DNA from: Balanoglossus misakiensis
Taxonomy: Eukaryota > Animalia > Hemichordata
Assembly: GCA_040954595.2 (NCBI GenBank)
Contig: CM082584.2
Coordinates: forward strand, 7,397,919 to 7,461,918
DNA: 64,000 nucleotides
Direction: 5' to 3'
The notes beneath the pieces were generated by a model, which was given only the letters and a program-made list of their open reading frames with translations, was not told the origin of the DNA and did not search any database. The position numbers were made by a program, and so were the translations under genes. Shown in pieces: positions 49,501 to 64,000 of the stretch (its first letter is position 1; each line of letters starts with the position of its first letter).

Positions 49501-52500
49501 TTCTTGCCAAGATAGAACAGTCAGTCAAGAATATTTCAGCAAAATAACCAACAATGGCTTCTGTTTTGTTGTTGTCCCCCCTCAAAAGTCAGTTGATTTT
49601 CTGTATTGAATTACTTGATTGACCTGTGTACTGTATTATAATGTCAGATGTACCTTTCTTGTGTCTGTTCAGATGCTTGGAAGTAAACGATGCTGAACAG
49701 GCTTCAGTGGAGTACATCCGACAGCTTGTTCTCAGTTGCATTCTGGGAATCTGTGAGAAATTGTCGCCGGACAATAAGCCACTGCCCAAAGGTAAGGTCA
49801 TCATTATCGCCGTGAGACCAGCGTAGTAGGGTCTTGTAATGAGACAGATTCTGGTCTTCTGTAGAATGTTGTAGTAACTCTGTTAGTGCCATGTATACTA
49901 TTTCAGGGGACAAAGCAATCTGTAGAAATTCTGTCACCTAAATGGTCTGATATATCTTTTCCTGAGACATATTCTGACGTATAAAATGGTGATTTTTGGT
50001 TGTCGAATACTTACCCAGAACTCTGTCTTCCTCTTTTTCAATTCAGATGTGTTGAACGAGGAACAGTTTAACGTTGAGCTCGTCATCCAGTGTATACGAG
50101 TGTCGGACAATCCACAAACCCACCACCATGCAATGTTGCTTCTGGCATGTGCAGCTGGTCTCTTTCCTGTAAGTATTCTGTCCGCTAGCACTCCAGTAAA
50201 AGGGGAGATTGACGATGATTGACAAAAGCTGATACTGAATGATATTTTATGTGTCTCTTCCATATCAGGAACACGTACTTCACAACATCATGTCTATCTT
50301 CACGTTCATGGGAGCCAACTTGCTCAGACAGGATGACGCGTACAGCTTCCAGGTCATCAACAAAATTGTGGAGACTATCATACCAGTGTTAATCAAGGTG
50401 AGAAACGGTTGTTTTGAACTTTGGGTAATTCTATGCGGCACTGGTGGCCCCCTTGACAAATTGCAAGAGAGTGCGAACATATCATCAGAGGGCGAATCCT
50501 CCCCATCCCTCTTCCCAGATGAAACACTGATAAATGTTAGTCTGAGATGCAGTGAAGCAGACGATATACAACTACCCATGGGAGGGAAAGACAGACAAAC
50601 TGACACAGACAGACGGACAGACAGACACGTAGTTATCAATCCAAGAACATGGCTTTACAAGTGAAGGCACTATAAAAGAAAATTACTCATAAATTGTTTC
50701 TTAGGCTGGCGAGGAGGAGACCATGCAAGGCAAACTGGAAGGGGGCATCGATGACGTGGTCATCATGGTGATAAGGGTGTTTGTCGACGCCCTGCCGCAC
50801 ATTCCGGAGCACCGGCGACTGCCGGTGTTTGGTCAGCTGATTGACACCCTAGGCTGCCAGAGATTTCTCTGGACGGTTGTGATGTCGGTGCTGGTCAATC
50901 AGGTTTCCAAGAAGTCAGATGTCTCAGATGCATCTGAAGAAAAGGTGAGATTTTTGCATGTCCCACTAACATGGAATTAGCCCTATTGTCTTACATATAA
51001 ATCTGACAAAAATGGGAGGCTAATGTTATATGGTAAAACTTTATCAAAACCATGCAAGTTGTCAAAACACAAATATATTTTTAGTCAGGCTAGTCACATG
51101 TATAATGTAAATACCTCAGTGACCTGAACATTTCTTTGATTTCCTTTGATGTCTTGAGAAGTGTTGACATACTATACCAATACATGCTGTTTAATACAAA
51201 CATTTGAAGAAGAAACCTGGTGTAGTCTTTGTACACATCCATTTAGAAATGTTAATTAACACTGTATTTCTTTAAATTATATCACTTATCTTGTGATTGC
51301 AGATGATGGTAAGCAGAGAGGTAGAGTTTTGTGTGTCCATATGCAATCACTGTACACCGGACGTCCAAGTGGCCAGTATGATCACAATTGTGAAATATCT
51401 GAGCACGCTGCCAGAAGACAAGGTGGACAGTAAGTAGAAAAGCTTTTTTTTCTGACAGGAAATTTAATGAAAAGAAAGAAGTAGGCAGTAGATATGTTTC
51501 CATGTTCATGTTTGTGGACATTATCATTTCAGTTTTATAAGAAATGGTGATGTGTGAGTGAGTTCTTTTTTTAACTGTCTTGGTTTTCTAAAACCGCAGA
51601 ACCTGCGGGTCAGAAATCAAGATGGCCGACAAAATCTCCCCAGAAACCGGCGAACGTTTTATTTGACGTAGATAACCACACGAGCAGACAGTTGCGTCAG
51701 CTGAAGTATGCTGTAGTTAGTTTCATTCCGCATTTGCTGTCCAGTTCAAGGTTCATCAAACAGGTAAGATGTGGCTAGTTCTCCCGCTACCTGCCCTACG
51801 GACATTTTTGATACGTCGACTGGGGGTACCATGACAGATACTGCGTGGTGGTTGATGCAGTAATCAACAGAAAGGTTTTTTGGAACAGAAACACTGGACA
51901 TGCAATAAAGCCATTAAGTGCATTAAAACTTGGTAAATTTATACAAAGTTGATGGATATTTTGACAATAAGTGTTATTTTGTACTGGGGTTGATGAGATC
52001 GATACATTATCTTGAATTTGTCAGGTGGCAGGATTATCTGAGAAGAAAAGTAACGAGATGAAAACTCTATACCAAAGGTATGTGTATGATTTCGTTTTAA
52101 TTCTTTAAATACTCTGCTGATTATCTCAATATATTCTGTAGGATTAATTTTGTAATAAAAATGGATGTTTTTGTAGTTTGACTGCTCATGTTGTTGTGCT
52201 CATTTATGTTGCAGTCTTTTAGAGGAGAACCTGAGATATATTGCCATGATTGCTCGATCGCTGGAAGCAAACCACGACAAACCAAGCGGGAAATTTTGGA
52301 GAGCGCTTCTGCACAGAGCCTACGACATCTTGGACAAGGTGAGTCTTGGGTTGGAGTCAAGAGGAAATAATTGTACAATCAAACGCAAAAGGTCAGAGTT
52401 CACCAACCTCTGCCAAGATTCTCCATTCCACCACGAAGATTACAACATTGAATGTGATGTAATACTACATGTATATAATTCTGATGTTGGCAGAAGATTA

Positions 52501-55500
52501 CTGGATTGTAGATGATATGTTGTAATGAAGAAAATGGCCAGAAATAATGTGATTTTTTTCAACAGACTGATGGAAACAATTGATGTAACATGTGACATTG
52601 AGTACATAAATCCTGCTTTATTGTCAGACAAAAAAAGACGTTTCTGCTCTTTTTGCTGCCTGCAGGTCAATGCCTTGTTGCCAACTCACATATTTATCGG
52701 CGTCGTGTCGGGACTGATGAACAACGACATTGCCACCGTGCGAAGAAAAGCGCTGGAGCTGTTGAACAACAAACTGGTTCAGCAACGAGACCCGTTCGAC
52801 GATCACCAGGTACGGTTGTGGCCTTGCGTAGCTCAGACTCTCTGAGTATTTGCACTCCCCTTCAATTGACACAGATACTTCAGTCTTCGTGGAAGGGTTA
52901 AGAACACCTTTCCTTCTGTGACATGTTTGTCCCCCATCTCTTGTTCCTTAGGTGACCCTCCTGCTGAAAATGGTCGATAAGCTGGTATCGGTTGCCAAGG
53001 CAACTCAGGCTGTCGGTGGAGACGCCGAGGAACTGGACATCAACAGACAGACCGCCCTCTACAGTCTGAAATTGCTGTGTAAAATGTTGGGCTCCGACCA
53101 TCCTCGTCAATTCAAGCCGGTCATTGACGTTACTACTCAGATATTCTCAAATCAAGCTTCAAATTCACAGGTAAGGGGAAAGTTTTATTTCTATAGTGCC
53201 TCTTTTGTGCTTTTTCGGAATTCTGGTAGTGTCATATAAAATATCGTGATGAATTTGGGCCACGATTTGTGTGGGTCCCAAACAGATAGTTCAAACTTGA
53301 CTTGGTGAAATAGCCCCTAACTCTGCAATAAAAGGGCACTACAGGTTTCTCTCCAAGTGGTGCCAACTGGAACACTTTCTGATGTGTTAATTTTCTTCAT
53401 ACTCTACAGGTTGCAGCGAGTGCCTTGCTCTGCCTGGCCGAAGTGTGCACAAGTCTGAAAGCCCACTGCATTCCACATCTTCCCAAATTCATGCCAGCGC
53501 TGTTGAAGAGCCTGGATTCGATAAAACAACATTCAAGGTAGGCTTAAACAGAGAACAACTGTGTGGACGCAAATGTGTTGAACCACTTGCCCCTAAATTT
53601 CTGTATTAAAATTTCTGTTTGAAATAAGGATCATAATTAAGAAATTTGAAACATCCATGACAAAATAGTTTATCAGTAAAGGATATCGAAATTTGTATAT
53701 TTATTTCAGTGGCGACCTGTTTCTGCTGAGCGCCGTTACGGCACTTCACAAAGTCGTGGAGAATTTGCCCCATTTCCTCAGTCCGTACCTGCTGGACATC
53801 CTGACTAAGGTGAGTCACCTGACAGTCATGTGGCGGTCACCTGATGATGAAATAGCCAGGGATGGCTGGTTAACATGTTATCTACCATACCCACCAGTTG
53901 TAATCACTGCTGACTATTACTGTTCGTGTCTTCGTACAGGTCTCAGTGTTGGCCGCCGTGGAAACCGACGAGAAATCGCAGCTGAGCATGCGACTCAAGG
54001 CGATCTGCCACCAGCTGTCCAGCACCGTGGCTGTGCGGGTTCTGCTGCCGTGTCTGACAGAGTGTTACCACGGCGTTGCTGAGAAGCATCCGGTGAGTGG
54101 AAAGAAACGTGGCACTGTTCTGTGGTGAGGGTAGCCAGGTTGACTCTCAGAAGAGTTTATCTCCCCCAGAGCCCTCAGCAGTCCCATAAACAGTTCCCCC
54201 TCAATCAACACACACACAAAATACTGTCTACAACCATGCAACGATCAATTTTGTTTTCCTTCCAGCTTGCTATTACTCCACTGATGAGCGTACTTGGAGA
54301 CTCCATTGCCGCTATGCAGAAGGAAGACCTGGTCGCTCATCAAAACAATATCTTGAACCTGTTCCTAACAGCTCTGGACTACAGAACAAATCATGCCCAG
54401 GTAATTTATATGACAACACAGCTCAGAAGGCACTGGTACAGTCAGTCATGTGTCTGTGTCTGACAGATTGGTTCGGGACTTGTGATCTGAAAATGAATTT
54501 GATGAATGCAATAAAAGATATAACTCTCATATACTATGTTTGTTTGTTTTTTAAATTATTTCAGGCTGGATTGGATGAGGTGTCTAGCATCGAAGGACAC
54601 ATCATACAGGCATTTTTAGCTTTGGTCATGAAGTCCTCTGAAGCCACTTTCAAACCGTTGTTTTTCAAGGTGAGTGGAATTAGAATCACAACAGCATTTT
54701 ACTACCATATGATGCTTTCGTATGCTTTGCTAGTTTGTTGTATGCAGAGACAAACAGGGCAAAATTTAAATAAAGAGAAGGTTTTCGGTGGCCATTTTGG
54801 ATTATGCAAATTGGAGATTAGGGAATACATTCTAACAGATAGAACATGCTTTTCTCTTGTCTTTTAGCTGTATGATTGGGCCACGCGGGCCGATGCTGCC
54901 AAATCTCGATTGCTAACATTCTACAGACTGGCTGACAGCATTGCAGACCGATTGAAGGGACTCTTCACATTGTTTGCCGGACACATCGTCAAACATGCGG
55001 CCGGTTTGTTGGATGAAAATAACACTTCCAAAACAGGTGAATCAATCTGTAATGATGGCTTCAGATTGGGTTTTGAATGCAGCAGTGCTCTTGAACATGG
55101 AGCTTTGTCACTTGACGTGGCTATGTCTGCCTATAACCTGTGTGGAATTTTAGCTGAAGGCTCAATACTGGGTCAACACCAGCCATGGTCAGTGTAAGGT
55201 TGGATTTGGGAAACTGTTTTCCCCGTTTTGATTGGTTAAAGGCAGCTTCAGCTTGGCCTGTTGCCATGTCAACACACCAGGAAACGATCCGTCTTTCTAA
55301 GAAGTTTGTTTATTTTTTTATCTCCACAGATGAATTATTTTTCGGTGAGGAAGACGCAAGTGAAATGAAGTCAGTGTTGCTGTTGCAGTACGTAATAGAT
55401 TGCTTGAATAAGTGTTTCCTGTACGACACCGAGGGCTTCGTCAACAGAGAGAGATTCCAGTGTCTGATGCAACCACTAGTCGACCAGGTATGTCAGAATT

Positions 55501-56445
55501 TAGAACCTTGTGATATATTTCGACCAAGAAAATGAAATTGGAGTAATGGAGCTGTAACACAGCTGCAGTGTTGGCCAATTTTACCAGTAGCCCACTCTCG
55601 TGACCCCTAGGTGACCTTTACATCCTGGCATTTTGTTGATACGAGTTTACCATTTCGAACTCGAACATACTATTATTAAACACAATTTTGAAATAGTAGT
55701 TTCAAATCTTGAAAAAAAGAAATCACAGGAAGAAATCTATACCACGGATCATCAGAATCATTTTTTTCTTTCAATTCGCCGTCAGATTGAAAACCAACAA
55801 GGTGGCGCAGAAATCTACGAAGAGAGGCTTTCGTCCCACTTGGCGCCCTGCATTGGTCAGTTATTGGTTGCCGCTGGAGACGATTCGTCATGGAAACCGC
55901 TCAACTACCAGGTCTTGCTGAAAACAAGAAGTGACTCGGCCAAGGTTAGTTGTTGTTGTAATGAGTGGCACTACCACAGTTGCCTACGTGAGAATCGTTT
56001 TAGAGTAATTATGTCATGGCAAACTCGCTGATACATTTATTCTTCTGTGTCTGTGAATTGCATCCAGGTTCGGTTTGCTGCGCTGACAGTCTTGCAAGAA
56101 ATCCACCAGAGGCTGAAGGAGGATTTCCAGATATTGGTTGCAGAGACGATCCCATTCTTGGCCGAACTGCTGGAAGGTAACTGAATTGAAGCTCGTATTT
56201 ACGTGTGGTGTGATGTGATGCGGTGTTGTGTGTATATCCATAGAAGTTCACAAACCAACAAAATGTGGGATAGAAGCCTCCCATTTTTCAGCTCATTGCG
56301 TCGAAACTGTATTGCCCGCTCCTATTGATAAAAAATCTGTTCATTTTTCTTCGCAGATGAAAGCGAGGAGGTGGAAAAGCAGTGTCACCTTGTCATTGCG
56401 GAAATCGAGAAAACCCTCGGGGAATCGTTGCAAAAGTACTTCTAG
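40575..56445 (+). CDS. HEATR1: HEAT repeat-containing protein 1 / UTP10 (SSU processome t-UTP), about 43 coding exons (first 40575-40716, last 56357-56445)
   Basis: Starts MTSLAGQLKRLALPQ...ASLLFDPREAA; contains SPYFLLKPAQKALEWLINRFHIH, LHNIMSIFTFMGANLLRQDDAYSFQVI, FVDALPHIPEHRRLP, SEATFKPLFFKLYDWA and WKPLNYQVLLKTR; ends LGESLQKYF*. The junctions I traced are GT-AG and in phase. Confidence 0.97.
41567..41606. repeat. 13-bp tandem repeat x3 (CTATAATTGCAAA), intronic
   Basis: Read directly from the sequence; one mismatch in copy 2. Confidence 0.85.
43603..43719. repeat. Intronic direct repeat (39-bp core, period 53) carrying X-box-like GTTGCCATGACAAT motifs
   Basis: Copies at 43603-43641 and 43656-43694 differ by one base; a third partial copy GTTGCCATGGTAAT lies at 43706-43719. 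Confidence 0.8.
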
Positions 56446-56598
56446 ATGGGTCTTCTGTAATGAGCAATCAGCCATGACAGTGGTGTCATGATATTTGTAC
56501 TCGGTGCATTACGTGAAACAGTGTCATGCCTATATATATTTCATGAAACAGTCCACTGAGACAGAGAATCAATATGATAGGTGAATGCAGAAAATTGC

Positions 56599-56641
56599 AA
56601 TAAAACGCTTCAGTTAAACATATTTGATTTCTATCTTTATT
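56599..56641. terminator. Convergent polyadenylation signals of HEATR1 (+, AATAAA 56599-56604) and amylase (-, AATAAA 56641-56636)
   Basis: Each is the first canonical hexamer I found downstream of its gene's stop codon. Confidence 0.65.
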
Positions 56642-56784
56642 GTTGAAAAATGATGTACAGAGGTGTGATTACATTATATTGCAAACGGGACAGATTAGTA
56701 AATCATCTAAAGGCAGGAGATGGCGGTACAAGAGTTCTGGTGTAAGAGAAAGTACCTTTATGCCCAAATTAATATAAGTCAACA

Positions 56785-59810
<3,026 letters not shown>

Positions 59811-59924
59811 TTACAAGGTATAAAACCATGGGCTCAGAACATTAAACTAGACAATTTGGCCACACGAAAACTTTGGAAAAGTGTGGTTTCGCAAAAAGCA
59901 AGGTGGGGCGACAAACTTTGCCTG

Positions 59925-60017
59925 TACTCACCCGAAGTCACAAGTTGGTCGACGTCTTCAGCGCTTGTTTTTGTGGCGTCTTATAAAGCATGTTGGTATC
60001 TCGCGAATCTTCTTATC
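59925..60017 (-). promoter_or_regulatory. Candidate amylase core promoter and short non-coding first exon
   Basis: Minus strand: GATAAG (~60012-60017), TTTATAAG TATA-like box (~59980-59987), donor GG|GTGAGTA (~59931), and a matching pyrimidine tract + CAG acceptor at ~59777, just upstream of the ATG. Confidence 0.55.
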
Positions 60018-62935
60018 CTCCGGTTTCCACCTGTCCAAAAGGATTTCTCTTCTCACGGATGCAACCCGGCGCTTTCATAACCAATCGTCAAAATATCACT
60101 CATTGCCGTGACCCCCCCAACCCCCGGCCAGATGGGGAGGGGGTGAAGATGGGGCCGGGGATCTGACAAAAGTACGCAGATGCAATATTAAATACAGCAA
60201 TTTTGAAGACTCTACTAACCGTTCGCGAGATACTAAGTCATCATCGTCGCCAGCTATTCGTGTGAGCCAGGACACCCCTTCAGAATACACTGAATAACAA
60301 GCCGAACTTGTCAAGCCCCTCGTCAGTTCTTCAACACACTTTCGTGATGCAACCAAGTAAGCGCAGAAACACACGTACATACACTACAGGTATTACCTGT
60401 GGTACGTCCATAACCAAGGGCATGGAACAAACGATGTGTTTCAGAACATTTTCGTTATTTTTGCAACTTGAACATAACATATGAATATATATTGGACGAA
60501 CCCTCTGGCATGCCATATGAAACGTGCCAATTATGTCACCGTTCACCTCGATTGAAATAACCTCATAAGCTGACAAGATTAAGAAGCTCTGAATCACAAA
60601 GTATATTTCGCCATATGCTGTTTCTTCCATCAAATCAGTTGATAATCGCATTCGTTGACGCGTTTAAGATAAGTCTGTTGAATTTATTGTTTCGTCATTT
60701 TTTCTTTTCCATATTTTTATTGCGCTCGTATCAGGTTGGTAAGAGTGCGACACTAGAATTTAAGCCTGTCTCTCCTGTGAAAGTCAAGTTGTTCAGGCGC
60801 TGGGGGCGCTGTCACGAAAGTACATTTTTTATCCAGTCTGCCAAGTGTGGTGATTCTTTCGTTTTTTTTACTATACCATCCCAATACCAAAGCTGTTTCA
60901 AACAGTGGTGTACTCATCACACTACTTAAATGTAAGTCATTCTGTGTTACTGCATTTCAAACAGTCATCAAACCATGACCAATGGGTTGAAAAAAACAAA
61001 CAACGAAAAGACACTTGCTTCCTGTTGATCACTCATGTTTTATTTTCACACGCCAAGATTCAAACTTAGCCACACCACAGATTTCAAATGCGGTTCACAA
61101 CACAAAGAAAGCGTGCTTGAGGTGAAGCTGGACTTTTAAACTGTTACCATGGTTACAGCTGTTACGTGCATACGTGTATACCTAACATACATAACTGAAC
61201 TTCACACACCCTAATGATCTGATCTGTCCACCCCTACTGGAGTAGTGGTACAGTCCTGCAGATATGGAGATGGCTACCCTGGCTAAATATTATTTTGATA
61301 CTGTCATGTGATCTGAATAAGACTACATTTTCATATGATTGAAAACAACTTTGTTTACTCACAAAGAAACTAAGGCAGCACGTTGGCAGTAACTGCAAAC
61401 CATGAAAAACGGTATCCACGGAAACGAACTACACTAACGAAAACTACTGTAGTCTGGTGAAAGTTCAAATTTGTAGACAAATTGTAAGTGATGACATCAG
61501 AGGAAAAGATACTTTAACTGTGAGTGAAAATTTAGACTTAGTGTACAAGAATTTGACACGGCATAAAACATTTACAAAAATAAACCTTAGAAATTTGGCA
61601 TTTGTGTTCAGAATTCAACACTGAAAAAAAAATAGCTTTATGAGTGAGAAAAGGGCACAACATATGGAAAAGGTTGGTGCCAACGTGAGACGTCATATTA
61701 TCATTGTCAAATCTAAAATTCAAAACTGGCCATGGACTTTTTGTAAGGCAGTGTAGGCTAGCATGACTTTGAATAAGGAATTGTTCATTGACCCTGCAAA
61801 AGGTCACAAATTTTGGCTGTTTTTGTGACCCGACCAACATCCTGGCTTCAACAGCCAAGAACGCCCATCCTGGTACAATGTTTTACCATCGGTTTACACC
61901 CTTTTTGATTAAAGCATGTACATTTGTATTTCCGATCATGCATATTCATGTGACAAAAATCCAGCCCAGTTTTGACATCCTCCATTTTCTGGCTGACCCA
62001 ATGAAGGGTTCTTAAAATAGTCCATGTATATATGCTTTTTTTAGTACTTCACCTAACACTACAACACAATGTTAATTTTACAGGATTCTGTGCTGGGGGT
62101 AACATCAAAAGACATTACTTTTTGCAGACACAGAACTGGTTTATGGGAAAAGTAACTGCCTGTTGCCACTGCTGTGAATTGCAGGATACGAATCCCCTTT
62201 TCCATAGGCAACATGACAGAGACAATCCCCATTTATGTCCTAATTACGGAGAGAAATCTAAACAACTACAAATGCTGACACTACAGTGCTGAGGGACTTT
62301 GAACAACATTCTCTGGGGAAAAATCAGTTTTAAAGCTCAAGTCTAGGACATTCAATCTATGCCCTACTTCTGACGAAAAACAAACAAAATATTGACACGA
62401 AAACTATGGTAAATGTTCGACAAACGGGACACTCTTGTAGCTTGAACAAAAAAAAACCTGAATTACAAAACTAGTAAGTCTGAAATGTAATATGAAAAAC
62501 ACAAATGCTTCTGAGTGAAAGTTTGATAATGTATCTTTTCCACATGAAAACTTGTTTTGTTGAAGGCTTGAGTTTGACGAATTCACAGCAAAATGTTTAC
62601 TTCAACAACACTGCAAAATGCTTTCTATGAAAAGAAAAACAGGATCGCGAGGCACAGATATTTTTATGTTTAAAACAGCATAAATACATCAAAATAAAAG
62701 CTGCATATCTAAATAAAAACAGCTTCATTCACTACCACAGCTAAGGGCTGCGATTTCTTTCCGTATCAAAAAATCTTTAAAATTTTGAAGTTTAAAAAGT
62801 ACTTGGATATACTTTTTTTTAAATTAAGCACATTTTCAATGCCTTTCTCATAATTTTAAACTCGCATAATTTAGAGAGCCGAGGGGGGAAAATATTTACA
62901 AAAGCAAAGAGTGGAAAACGGGGAAGGCGTCCACG

Positions 62936-63674
62936 TTAAGGGTTTGCGGTCGACAGCTGAATCAGAGCGAGAGCACCGTACCACTTCTCCCGCTGCTCGT
63001 GCAGTCGACGCTTGGCCGCTAAGCGAGCCTTCTTTCGTTCCGACATGGTCTCGTCGTGTTCTTCCTTTTCGAGTTTTCTTTTGATCTGTTTTTGTTTCTG
63101 GGCGGCCGGTGCCTTCTCTCGCTGTGCTTCGGTGTACCTGTCGATAAAAAAATATCAGGTTTTGACCGATGTTAGTAGCTGCGGTAAGAACCTCCGACTA
63201 GTCAACTTGGATGTTGACATTACCTCCCAATATCAGGAATAGTGACCAAAATAAATATCACATCCATTGGAGGATTGTTGGCAAGATGCATTGTTTGGAA
63301 ACTATAACACGACAAAGCTGCTATTGAAATTTGAAGACAAAGTTACACGGCCTAATTTTAGAGAAATCCGTTTCTTTAGAACTGAAAGAAGTACATGTTT
63401 CTGAACATGAATTTATAATATGGGTACATGTAATAATTTCCACATATTCACACGCATCTTGCATTTGGTTGTGCATTAACAGTCAAGACAGCACCACTAC
63501 AATCTGCATATTGTTTGGATTCTCACCTGTTCAACCACTCGGCAACATCTTTGTTGTTGTCGTTCTCGTTGTTGACGCTCGGCACCTGAGAGGGCTCCGT
63601 GAATTCTCTCTTGAGTCGGGCGAACGGGTGGTCTGGGCAGTGTCTGTTGGCGTGTGTGAATCGACTTTCACATT
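62936..63674 (-). CDS. ZNF367: Zinc finger protein 367, last two coding exons (63674-63527, 63137-62936); 5' part lies beyond the window
   Basis: CESRFTHANRHCPDHPFARLKRE...DVAEWLNRY...RRLHEQREKWYGALALIQLS matches the conserved ZNF367 C-terminus as I recall it (SRFTHANRHCPKHPYARLKRE...EQRERLHGALALIEL); phase-2 GT-AG junction; candidate AATAAA at ~61038-61043. Confidence 0.92.
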
Positions 63675-64000
63675 CTGTAGAGGGGGGGGGAGAGAGGTGA
63701 GGCATATGAGAACATTTCAAATGAATTGGGGGGGGGGGGGGGCAAGGGTTTGCTGCTGAAAGCCCGAGTTTGCCAACAGTGCAGTACATGTATGATGATC
63801 TATTCTGGTGAACATGGTGTAGTAAAAACTACAAAAATTTGTAATCTGAAGTCAAATGACGCAATCCAGCGTTGGTAACAAAGTCACACACGTGTAATTT
63901 GTTTTTCAATCAAAAAAGCGCCATAGTTGTCAAGGTTGTAGTTTGAATTTCCCTCGTAAATTTAAATGGGTGACTCAATTCGTCATGCCCAAACATGTCA

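Noticed and set aside
53840-53915. Possible C/D snoRNA (ATGATGA...CTGA) in a HEATR1 intron
   Set aside because: The CTGA is only ~25 nt from the acceptor and reads as a CTGAC branch point; no convincing terminal stem or rRNA guide.

Overview
Eukaryotic (metazoan, probably marine invertebrate) genomic DNA with GT-AG introns; there are no prokaryotic operons, CRISPR arrays or rRNA/tRNA genes. I built spliced models by hand and checked reading phase. From left to right: an intronless ZIP/SLC39 metal transporter (+); an uncharacterised secreted permuted-papain-fold (PPPDE/LRAT-like) pre-pro-protein (-) with a solo-LTR-like element in an intron; a 12-exon PLK2/3-like polo kinase (-); an intronless Tctex-type dynein light chain (-); a DED + hydrophobic segment + catalytically degenerate NB-ARC protein (-), head-to-head with the ~43-exon HEATR1/UTP10 gene (+); an animal alpha-amylase with a Pseudoalteromonas-type C-terminal domain (-); and the last two exons of ZNF367 (-). 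The two most unusual items are (1) the signal-peptide-bearing His/Cys hydrolase with an acidic, convertase-site-flanked insert, and (2) the sensor-less DED/pseudo-STAND protein with a frame-preserving membrane-anchor exon. Family assignments come from motif recognition only; no database search was run.
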